Source: an uncultured Actinomycetota bacterium
Lineage (GTDB): Bacteria; Actinomycetota; Actinomycetes; Streptomycetales; Streptomycetaceae
Length of the DNA stretch: 64,000 bases
NCBI GenBank assembly: GCA_963816875.1
Contig: CAWFMG010000003.1
Coordinates: forward strand, 341,683 to 405,682
Direction of reading: 5' to 3'
How positions within the stretch are numbered: the first letter of the stretch is position 1; every line of letters begins with the position of its first letter. A model generated the notes under the pieces. It was not told the origin of the DNA. It did not search any database and saw only the letters and a program-made list of their open reading frames with translations. The translations under genes were made by a program, and so were the position numbers. Positions 17,162-25,354 of the stretch are shown in pieces.

Positions 17162-18370
17162 TGCCCCGCAGGAAGCGCAACCCCAACGGGGCCGGTTCGA
17201 TCACCCGCCGCAAGGACGGGCGGTACGCCGGCAGGGCCTACGTGACGACCACGTCGGGCAACCGGAAGCGGGTCTACGTCTATGGCAAGACCTGGCAGGA
17301 AGCGGACACCAAGCTGACCGAGCTGAAGGCATGGAGCACGGTGGGATCCCCGTTCCGGACTCGGATTCCACCGTGAGCGACTTCATGGCCTACTGGCTCG
17401 CTGAGGAGGTGAAGCCGAACCGGCGGCCCAAGACGTACCAGGGCTACGCCAGCGTCATCGCCGTCCACATCGTTCCTGGCCTGGGCAAGAAGAAGCTGCG
17501 CAAGCTCCGGACGCAAGAGGTCCGGACCTGGCTCAACCGCCTGCGGAACGAGTGCCAGTGTTGCAAACACGAATGGGACAAGCGACGGTCGGCCCCGCGC
17601 TGCTGTGCCGCCGGTGCGTGCTGCGAACGAAGCTGTCCACGCGCATGGTCCAGTACATCCACGCTGTGCTGCGGAACGCCCTCCAGCACGCCCTACGGGA
17701 AGAACTCGTGCTGCGGAACGTCGCCCGCCTGGTCCGCACGCCCGCACCGAGCTACACCACCGGGCAGGGGCTTTCCACGGCCCTGGCCAAGCTCGTGCTG
17801 AAGGAACTCCGGGACCTCGGTTCTACGCCCTGTACGTCCTCGCCCTCACCATGGGCATGCGGCGGGGCGAGCTGCTGGGGCTGTCCTGGACGGCGGTCGA
17901 TCTGGACCGCCGGACGCTCGTGGTGGCGACCAGATCTTCAGCGGGTCAGGGGAGAGCTCTGGCTGGTCCAGCCGAAGACGGCGTCGTCGGTCCGGACGCT
18001 GCCGTTGCCGCCGCTCGTGGTCGCCGCGCTCGCGGAGCACCAGGAGCGACAGGCGCAGGAGCGGGCCGCCGCTGGGATGGACTGGAAGGAGAACGGGCTC
18101 GTCTTCCCCTCCCGGATCGGGACGCCGTACGAGCCGGACAACCTCCGGCGGAGTTGGGAGCCGGTGCGCCGGAAGTTCGGACTGTCGCATCGCTTCCACG
18201 ACCTTCGGCACACGTGCATCACGCTGCTTCTCGACCTGGGGGTGCCGCCGCACATCGTGCAGCAGATCGCCGGGCACAGCGACCACGGCGTCACCATGCA
18301 GGTGTACGCCCATGCCTCGCTGGAAGAGAAGCGCCGGGCGCTGGAGAAGCTGAGTGGCGAGCTGACCTGA
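17161..18370 (+). pseudogene. int: Tyrosine recombinase/integrase with at least four frame disruptions (about 17335, 17628, 17818 and 17930)
   Basis: Conserved-looking segments sit in frames 1, 0, 2, 1, 2: MPRRKRNPNGAGSITRRKDGRY...; GIPVPDSDSTVSDFMAYWLAEEVKPN...; KLSTRMVQYIHAVLRNALQHA...; RFYALYVLALTMGMRRGELLGLSWTAVDLD...; LQRVRGELWLVQPKT...HDLRHTCITLLL...GHSDHGVTMQVYAH. Confidence 0.85.
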
Positions 18371-18404
18371 GTCACTGAGGTCAGCGGGTGATGTCACGTC
18401 GTTG

Positions 18405-18441
18405 AAAAAGCCCCTACCGGATGACCCCGGTAGGGGCTTTT
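18405..18441. terminator. Bidirectional intrinsic terminator between int and tRNA-Phe
   Basis: AAAAAGCCCCTACCGG-atgac-CCGGTAGGGGCTTTTT. Perfect 16-bp stem flanked by an A-tract and a T-tract. Confidence 0.8.
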
Positions 18442-18443
18442 CG

Positions 18444-18502
18444 CTGGTCACTACCGGTGGCTGGGGCCGGGATCGAACCGGCGACCTTCCGCTTTTCAGG
18501 CG
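18444..18502. repeat. attR: 59-bp direct repeat overlapping the 3' part of the intact tRNA-Phe
   Basis: Identical to 5847..5905. Confidence 0.9.
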
Positions 18503-18531
18503 GACGCTCGTACCAACTGAGCTACCCAGCC
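18458..18531 (-). tRNA. tRNA-Phe(GAA): tRNA-Phe (anticodon GAA)
   Basis: Reverse complement GGCTGGGTAGCTCAGTTGGTACGAGCGTCCGCCTGAAAAGCGGAAGGTCGCCGGTTCGATCCCGGCCCCAGCCA folds as a cloverleaf. Anticodon loop CTGAAAA. Confidence 0.95.
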
Positions 18532-18535
18532 GGAG

Positions 18536-18610
18536 CGGTCCTGACGGGATTTGAACCCGCGGCCTCCACCTTGACAGGGTGGCGAGCACTCCAAACTGCT
18601 CCACAGGACC
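18536..18610 (-). tRNA. tRNA-Asp(GTC): tRNA-Asp (anticodon GTC)
   Basis: Reverse complement GGTCCTGTGGAGCAGTTTGGAGTGCTCGCCACCCTGTCAAGGTGGAGGCCGCGGGTTCAAATCCCGTCAGGACCG. Anticodon loop CTGTCAA. Confidence 0.9.
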
Positions 18611-19088
18611 TGGCGTGTGTGCGAGAGACAGTCTCGCACAGGATCTTGCATGCCCCCAACGGGATTCTGGCCCCGCTCTGAGCCGACCATTTCGGCAGCT
18701 GACAGCGCCGATGTCGCTGAAGCAGCCTATCACGCGCCGGGGGTCCCACCGTGCCGTCGCCCAGGCCCCCCAGGCCCGGGAGGTGCCCCCATGGCCTCAC
18801 CGTCGGCGGCCTCACCGTGGCCTACGCGACGGCCGAGATCACCGCCGTCGGCGACGACGAGGTGACGTTCCGGGCGCCGGCCGCGGACGCCGAGTCGGTG
18901 GTCGTGGTGGAGGGACCGGCCCGTTGCCCGGACACCCGGGTCGCCGGCTCCGAGGGACGCACCACCATCCGCGCCGACCGGCCCGAGTTCACGGTCCGCC
19001 GCGGCTGAGCGAAGGGCCGGCGCCCACCGGTGCCGCTGCCCGACGTCCACGGGTGGTAGCGCCCGCCGACCGCTGTCACGCTGGAGTG

Positions 19089-19721
19089 ATGAACGCCAAG
19101 CGTGACCAGGACGGCGAGCAGGAACGGGCGCTGGCGGAGTACCACCGCAAACGCGACTTCTCCCGGACCGGCGAACCGCGCGGCGGCCCCGGGGATCACG
19201 GTCCGGAGCCGCGGTTCGTCGTGCAGATCCACGACGCCAGCCGCATGCATTTCGACTTCCGGCTGGAGGCGGACGGGGTGCTGAAGTCGTGGGCGATCCC
19301 CAAAGGCCCGTCCACCGATCCGAACGACAAGCGCCTCGCGATGCCGACCGAGGACCATCCGCTGGAGTACCGCGAGTTCGAGGGCGTCATCGCGGAGGGC
19401 GAGTACGGCGCGGGCCCGGTGATCATCTGGGACGAGGGCACCTGGCGGCCGGAGCGCGACCGGTCCGTGGCGGAGTCGCTGCGCCGCGGACACCTCTCGT
19501 TCCGGCTCAAGGGGAAGAAGCTGCGCGGCGGCTTCGCGCTGACCCGCTTCCGCGGCGACACGCCGGGCCAGGAGGAGGCGTGGCTGCTGGTCAAGCGCTC
19601 CGACACCGGCGCCTCCCACGAGGGCGCCGGCACCCCCGATCCGAACCGCGCCCGTTCGGCCCGCACCGGACGCACCCTCCGCCAGGTCCTGGCCGAGAGG
19701 ACCGACCACCACCCGGCGTAG
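19089..19721 (+). CDS. Stand-alone LigD-type 3'-phosphoesterase domain protein
   Basis: ATG 19089 within ORF 18579..19721. EYHRKRDFSRTGEP, FVVQIHDASRMHFDFRLE, LKSWAIPKGPS, EDHPLEY and GEYGAG are typical of the LigD PE domain. Confidence 0.8.
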   Translation: MNAKRDQDGEQERALAEYHRKRDFSRTGEPRGGPGDHGPEPRFVVQIHDASRMHFDFRLEADGVLKSWAIPKGPSTDPNDKRLAMPTEDHPLEYREFEGVIAEGEYGAGPVIIWDEGTWRPERDRSVAESLRRGHLSFRLKGKKLRGGFALTRFRGDTPGQEEAWLLVKRSDTGASHEGAGTPDPNRARSARTGRTLRQVLAERTDHHPA

Positions 19722-19863
19722 CCGCCACTCGCCCCGCCCCCGCCGCCCGTCCGGGTGCGCCGCCACGCCCGCGGTCGCACACTGCTGGTAGGAGCCCCAT
19801 CCCGACAGCGCCGATCCCAGCAGCGGGCCAGCAGGCCAGGAGGCGGAGGGAGGCGGACCGCAG

Positions 19864-22800
19864 ATGCGCAGACCGCGCCCGCGCCGGCGCCCGTTTCGGC
19901 CCGGCCCTGCGCCGGCGACCGACCCGGCGAGCGGGGTCAGCTCCCGCGGCCGATGGCGCGGCCGGCCACGCGCCCAGCGGCAGCTCGCCCTGATCGTCGC
20001 CGGCTGCGTCGTCTACGTGGGGATCTTCGTCGTCGCCGTGATCGGCCTGCTGGACGCCGATGTCCGCTGGGTGTTCGACTACGGGGGCGGGGCCGGGAAC
20101 ACCGTGCGGACCATCCTGATGTGGCCGCTCACCCTCGCGGTGGTGACCGGCCTGTTCCTGCTCTGGCGCTACCACCGGGTCTGGGGCCCGTACCGGGCCA
20201 CCGCGCAGCAGGATCCCCGCGAGCTGGTGGAGACCGCCGGCAGCATCAGCGGGGAGGTCGTCGGCCGCGACGAGCTGTGCGAGGCGCTGATCAGGGACCT
20301 GGACGTGCCGGGCTGCGCCAGCCGGACGCATCTGGTGGTGGGCCGGATGGGCTCGGGCAAGACCGCGCTGCTGGTGCTGATGACCCAGCGGCTGGCCGAA
20401 CTGCGGGCGGTGCCGGTGCCGGTTCGGCTGCGCGACGCCCGGGAGCGGCTCGACTTCTGCGAGCTGGGCTTCGCCCGTTTCCTGGAGGATGTCGGCGGCT
20501 CCGTCGCCTCCGGCGTGGAGGCCGAGAAGGTCTGGCGGCGGCTGCTCCAGGAGCGCCGGGTGGTGATCCTCGGCGACGGTCTGGAGGAGGCGCTGCTGGG
20601 CGAGGAGCGCGCCTCGGAGCGGGACAACATCATCCGGCGCGCCATCCGCACCGCCAACCACCAGGACCTGCCGCTGGTCATCGCCTCCCGCCCGCACGAC
20701 CCGCTGCGCGGGATGGACGCCACCATCAGCGAGCTGGAACCGCTCAGCGAGGAGGCGGCGCTGCGGTACGTCTCCAGCGGCGGCGGCTGGAGCGCCAACA
20801 AGGGGACGGTCGACTGGATCGTGCAGACCGCCGACTTCCCCGAGTCCCCGCTCTATCTCCAGCTCGCCCGGCAGCTGCACGGCGCGGAGCTGCTGGAGCA
20901 TTCGGCGGCGCAGCAGGCGGGGGACTTCTCCGACGTCCGCGGCCTCGACCGGGCCGGGCTGCGGCTGCACCTCTTCGAGACGTGGGTGGCGAACCTCGTC
21001 GGCGGCCACCTCTACCCGCATGTCTCGCTGGGCGTGGCGGAGCGCGGCGCGGCCGTCGACTACCTGTCGGCGCTGGCCCTGGTGGGCCTGGGCCGCAACA
21101 CCGTCGAGGTGGCCTTCACCGACCTGCTCGGCCCGCCGGACGGAAGCGGGCCGCCGTATCCGGACGTCGTCGACGAGCTGCGGCGCCGGATGGCGCTGTA
21201 CCGGCGCAGCGTCTACTGCGACGGGTACATGGCGGCCACCTGGGGGCAGCAGCTCGGCATCGTCGAGGCGTACGGCGACCGGGTCCGCTTCCGGCACAGC
21301 CTGATGCAGTCCTATCTGGGGTCCCGCCTGCTGCCGACGCTGCTCACCCCCAACGGGGCGGGTGCGAGTTTCCTCGGGACCGCGCTGCACACGCCGGGCC
21401 GGGAACTGCTCTCCGCCCTGGTGCTGTACTCGCGTTCGCGCCCCGGCCGGTGCACCCACACGGGGCCGGCCGACGCCGACCGCTGGTGCCCGGTGCGCAC
21501 CTCGCGCGAGCTGCTGCTGGCGGCCGTGGACGACACCGCACACGGCCCGGGGCCTCCTGCCGGGGGGAGTCGTCGGCCCACGGTCAAGGACGCGGAGGCG
21601 CGGGCCCTGGCGCTGCCCCGGGCCGGCGCCGAGGTGCTCGATCTGTACGCGGCGGCGATCGAGGTGGACGCGGCCGAGCGGGAGGTGACCCTGGGCCACA
21701 TGGCCGAGGAGCTCGCCGACCTGTGGGGGCAACTGCGCGACCGGGATCCGGAGGCGCTCGGCGAGGCGAAGTCCTCGCTGGTGCGGACCCTGGGCGCCGC
21801 CGTCAGGGAGCTGGCCCGCCGGAACGATCTCGACGGCGACCAGGGCCCGCGGCTCGCCGCCCCCAGCGGCGGGATCCGGACGCTGGAGCGGGTCTACCGC
21901 GCGCTGTTCCGGATGGCAGTCGAGGAGCCGTCGTACCAGGTCAGGCTGGCGATGGCGCTGCAGATCGGGATCGGCGGGGACGCGGCGTTCGCGGCGCTGC
22001 GCAAGCGCCTCACCGACCCCACGTCCCCGCCGGCGGGCGACCCGTACGGCACGGGCTCGTCCGGCACGGACGCGAACGGCGATGCCGATGCGGAGCGGGT
22101 GTGGCGGGAGCGGACGCTCTGCGCGTGGCTGCTGCCGCTGCTGGCCGGCTCGGCGGCCGGCGGGAACGGCGCCGAGTCGCCGCTGGCATACCTGCACCCG
22201 TGGCTGGCGGCCGTCGGCGAGGACCGCCCGCCGGACACGGCGCCGCTGAGCCTGCCCGTGGAGATGGCGCTGGCACAGGGCTTCAAGCTCGCCGCCAACC
22301 GGCGGCACCGCCACCCGTGCGCCCGGGGGTCGCGCAAGGCGCTGGCCGACCTCGCCTGGGAGATGATGCGCCGGACCCGTTTCTGGTACACCCGGCTGAC
22401 GCTGCTGCACGCCCGCACGCTGTGGGAGCTGCCGGACGACGTCTCCCGGCCGCCGGAGCCGCCGGCGGCCGGCGATCCGGAGGAACTGGTCAGGCAGTGG
22501 CTGACCTCCCCCGCCGGCGAGCCGGAGCGGCATCCGTTCCTGCTCGCCGGTGCCCGGCTGGCGGCCGAGACGCTGCGCACCCGGCGGCCCGAACGGTACC
22601 TGTGGACCGACGAGAGCGTGGTGGTCAGCCAGATCGGCTCCCGGGACACGGCGCAGGGCGAGCCGCGCAAGCACAACCTGTGGATCCCGTACTCGATCGG
22701 CTGGAGCGCGCTGGTGCCCGCCGCGCAGCAGCTCGTCGCCGACGTTCTGCTGCTGCTGAACCTCGCGGAGCAGAACGACCGCTCCGCCGACCGGGTGCAG

Positions 22801-23166
22801 CACCTGCGGCGCACCGACCGGCCCCTGCCGCCCTACCTGCCGCCCTGTTTCACCGAGGACCGGTCCTCGCTGCATCCGGAGCGGAGTGGGGCCGACGACG
22901 TCTGGACGGCGGGCGGGGCCACCAGCTGCGGCTGCCCCTTCGAGCTCTGCCCGTATCCGCCGCGGACCCGGCCCAGCATCAGGGCGGACTTCAGCGAGAT
23001 GTTCTGCCGCCGGCAGATGAGCCTGCTGCGCCCGGCGGGCAGGTTCCGGCGGAGGCGGCAGGCGCCCTGGCAGCGCGATATCGACGCGGAGCGGCTGGCC
23101 GTCTTCTGGGAGCGCATGGGCGACCGCCTGCGCCAGGGCAACGCGGACAATCCGCCGCCCAGCTGA
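19864..23166 (+). CDS. Membrane-anchored NACHT/STAND-like P-loop NTPase (about 1100 aa)
   Basis: ORF 19864..23166. Two N-terminal TM spans (LALIVAGCVVYVGIFVVAVIGLL, ILMWPLTLAVVTGLFLLW), Walker A VVGRMGSGKTALLVLM, Walker B-like RVVILGDGLEE, a long helical C-terminal region and a Cys-rich end (CGCPFELCPYP). Start is uncertain. Confidence 0.75.
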   Translation: MRRPRPRRRPFRPGPAPATDPASGVSSRGRWRGRPRAQRQLALIVAGCVVYVGIFVVAVIGLLDADVRWVFDYGGGAGNTVRTILMWPLTLAVVTGLFLLWRYHRVWGPYRATAQQDPRELVETAGSISGEVVGRDELCEALIRDLDVPGCASRTHLVVGRMGSGKTALLVLMTQRLAELRAVPVPVRLRDARERLDFCELGFARFLEDVGGSVASGVEAEKVWRRLLQERRVVILGDGLEEALLGEERASERDNIIRRAIRTANHQDLPLVIASRPHDPLRGMDATISELEPLSEEAALRYVSSGGGWSANKGTVDWIVQTADFPESPLYLQLARQLHGAELLEHSAAQQAGDFSDVRGLDRAGLRLHLFETWVANLVGGHLYPHVSLGVAERGAAVDYLSALALVGLGRNTVEVAFTDLLGPPDGSGPPYPDVVDELRRRMALYRRSVYCDGYMAATWGQQLGIVEAYGDRVRFRHSLMQSYLGSRLLPTLLTPNGAGASFLGTALHTPGRELLSALVLYSRSRPGRCTHTGPADADRWCPVRTSRELLLAAVDDTAHGPGPPAGGSRRPTVKDAEARALALPRAGAEVLDLYAAAIEVDAAEREVTLGHMAEELADLWGQLRDRDPEALGEAKSSLVRTLGAAVRELARRNDLDGDQGPRLAAPSGGIRTLERVYRALFRMAVEEPSYQVRLAMALQIGIGGDAAFAALRKRLTDPTSPPAGDPYGTGSSGTDANGDADAERVWRERTLCAWLLPLLAGSAAGGNGAESPLAYLHPWLAAVGEDRPPDTAPLSLPVEMALAQGFKLAANRRHRHPCARGSRKALADLAWEMMRRTRFWYTRLTLLHARTLWELPDDVSRPPEPPAAGDPEELVRQWLTSPAGEPERHPFLLAGARLAAETLRTRRPERYLWTDESVVVSQIGSRDTAQGEPRKHNLWIPYSIGWSALVPAAQQLVADVLLLLNLAEQNDRSADRVQHLRRTDRPLPPYLPPCFTEDRSSLHPERSGADDVWTAGGATSCGCPFELCPYPPRTRPSIRADFSEMFCRRQMSLLRPAGRFRRRRQAPWQRDIDAERLAVFWERMGDRLRQGNADNPPPS

Positions 23167-23465
23167 CGCTGACCGCGGATCCCTGACCGAAAATCCGGTG
23201 AATCGCCGACCGTGAATTGCCGACGGGCCGGTGCGCTCCGCCTTTCCGCACCGACCCGTCGGCTCGCTCGCCACCGGCGTCCTCCCTGGGCGACACCGTG
23301 GGACGGGAGACCAGCGGGCCTTTCCGCGTCACCGCGCCCCGCTCGGCGCCGTGACGGTCGGGCCCCCTGCGGCCGGCCCGCCGCCGGCGAGGCACAGATT
23401 TCTGTCCCGCCGGCCCCCGGGCCCATGACCCGGGAGGGCCCGTCCCGCGGCGTCGCTCCCCTGGT

Positions 23466-24446
23466 TTACGCCGTGGGAGCGGTCTCGCGGTGCCGTTCGC
23501 CCTCGTCGTCGTCGTTTCCGGCGACGGGCCCGGCACCTGTCGCCGCGACCGCCTCGGCCACCGGCTCGGCCTCTGCCTCGCGGGTGAGCCGCAGGTGCTC
23601 GCGGATGGAGTACGCGAGCGCGGCAGCCCACAGGGCGTAGAGCAGCACGTAGACGATCCAGCAGGTGGTGTCGCTCGCGTTGATCCAGTCGCCGCGCAGC
23701 AGCGTCCGCGCGTTCGTGATGATGATGAGTCCGCCGACCGCGGAGCCGAGGACGCGCGGCGGGACGTGGCGCACCAGCCAGGCCGCGATGGGGGCGGCGA
23801 TCATGCCGCCGATCAGCAGGGCGATCACCCAGCTGGTCTTGACGCCCTCGTCGCTCAGCCCCCAGAGGAAGCCGAGGCTGGCGGCGACCGCCACCAGGAA
23901 CTCGCTGGTGTCCACCGAGCCGATCACCCGGCGCGGCTCCATCCGGCCGCTGGCCAGGATCGCGGGCGTGCCGACCGGGCCCCAGCCGCCGCCGCCCGTC
24001 GCGTCGACGAAGCCGGCCACCAGGCCGAGCGGCGTCAGGAAGCGCCTCCGCAGCGGCTTGCCGAGGTTCGCCTTCGGCAGCCCGGAGAGGGTGAAGCGGG
24101 AGAAGACGTAGATGCCGAGCGCCAGCAGGATCAGCGACATCAGCGGCTCGGCCGCCTCGGTGGAGAGGTTGGACAGGACACTCGCGCCGATGAACGCCCC
24201 GACGGCGCCGGGGACGCCGATCCGGGCGACCACCCGCCAGTCCACGTTGCCGAATCGCCAGTGCGAGGCACCGGAGACCAGCGTCGTGCCTATCTCCGCG
24301 AGATGGACCGTGGCCGAGGCGGCGGCCGGGTTGGTGCCCACGGCCAGCAGCAGGGTCGTGGACGTGACCCCGTAGGCCATGCCCAGGCTGCCGTCGACCA
24401 GCTGGGCGCCCAGACCAGCGAGCGCGAGCAGGATGAGCGTCTTCAT
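23466..24446 (-). CDS. TauE/SafE-family sulfite/anion exporter (DUF81 membrane protein)
   Basis: ORF 23466..24455 trimmed to ATG 24446 (MKTLILLALAGLGAQLVDGSLGMAYGV). About eight TM spans, with an acidic C-terminal tail. Confidence 0.85.
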   Translation of the reverse strand: MKTLILLALAGLGAQLVDGSLGMAYGVTSTTLLLAVGTNPAAASATVHLAEIGTTLVSGASHWRFGNVDWRVVARIGVPGAVGAFIGASVLSNLSTEAAEPLMSLILLALGIYVFSRFTLSGLPKANLGKPLRRRFLTPLGLVAGFVDATGGGGWGPVGTPAILASGRMEPRRVIGSVDTSEFLVAVAASLGFLWGLSDEGVKTSWVIALLIGGMIAAPIAAWLVRHVPPRVLGSAVGGLIIITNARTLLRGDWINASDTTCWIVYVLLYALWAAALAYSIREHLRLTREAEAEPVAEAVAATGAGPVAGNDDDEGERHRETAPTA

Positions 24447-24797
24447 GTGCACCACCTGTGGAGCCGATGACTGTCTTCCCGACGTTTCCCAGCGAATTTA
24501 TAGGAAAATCGTTCAGACGTCACCAGGGGGCGGCGCAGGATGTACGTGGGCTCGGTCACCTGTTCGGTGACGGCCCTGGTCGGCGGCCCGGACGGGCTCT
24601 GGGTCCTGTCCTGTCGATCGATGGGGGCACCTCCCGGCCTCCCAGGCTGGGGGAGGATCAGCCCGCGGCTCCCCCAGGCCCTTGGGGGCCTGGGGGAGGT
24701 CAGTCGCAAGGCGGAGGATCGCAGCTCGTACGAATGGGGGCACCTCCCAGACGGAGTCTGGGGGGTCGCGGGCCCGGCAAGATCGGCAGGACAGGGC

Positions 24798-25256
24798 CTA
24801 GGGGTTGGTCCAGGCCTCCGGTGGTTCGACCAGGTTGGCGACCACGCTGGGCAGCCTGGCCGCGGCGACGTCGGCGAGCGTGACCTCGCCGAGGATCCGC
24901 CGGACGTTGGCGCGCACGGCGATCCACATCGGCTGCAACGATTCCGCAGGGCCGGTGTAGGAGAGCTCGGGCGGTCGCTCGCCGCGCACCGACACGAGCG
25001 GGCCGTCCACGGCCCGGATCACGTCGGCGATGCTGATCTTCTCCGGCGGCGCCGCGAGTCGGTAGCCGCCGTTGCCCCCGCGCTGACTGACGACGATGCG
25101 GCCGCGCCGCATGTCGTTGAGGATGGACTCGAGGAACTTGTGCGGGATGCCCTGGGCCTCGGCGATCGCCTCGGCCTTGACCGGGTCGCCGTCCCGTGCG
25201 GCCGCCAGTTCGAGTGCGGCACGCACGGCGTAATCTGCTCTAGCCGAGACACGCAT
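24798..25256 (-). CDS. Rrf2-family transcriptional regulator
   Basis: ORF 24798..25274 trimmed to ATG 25256 (MRVSARADYAVRAALELA). IPHKFLESILNDMRRGRIVVSQRGGNGGYRL. Confidence 0.85.
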   Translation of the reverse strand: MRVSARADYAVRAALELAAARDGDPVKAEAIAEAQGIPHKFLESILNDMRRGRIVVSQRGGNGGYRLAAPPEKISIADVIRAVDGPLVSVRGERPPELSYTGPAESLQPMWIAVRANVRRILGEVTLADVAAARLPSVVANLVEPPEAWTNP

Positions 25257-25354
25257 GTGACCATTATCCGCCACGCCGTGCGGATATCCTCTCCCCCCCG
25301 TTCGTACCTCTTGTATCTCATCTGTACCCTAGTTTTCCTACCGATAAGCTAGGG

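Larger units (their letters stand above)
5847..18502. mobile_element. Actinomycete integrative and conjugative element (AICE, pSAM2-like organisation), about 12.7 kb, integrated in tRNA-Phe
   Basis: Bounded by perfect 59-bp direct repeats. Contains a GntR (KorSA-like), a small-membrane-protein operon, FtsK/SpoIIIE-type TraB, Prim-Pol, a DUF3631-like protein, Xis and a tyrosine integrase next to the intact tRNA. Confidence 0.85.

Noticed and set aside
18751-19008. A small ORF with good GC3 bias: ...VAYATAEITAVGDDEVTFRAPAADAESVVVVEGPARCPDTRVAGSEGRTTIRADRPEFTVRRG.
   Set aside because: It looks coding by codon bias. However, I cannot assign a start, an RBS or a family, and it may be the C-terminal remnant of a disrupted gene. 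It is therefore not listed as a feature.
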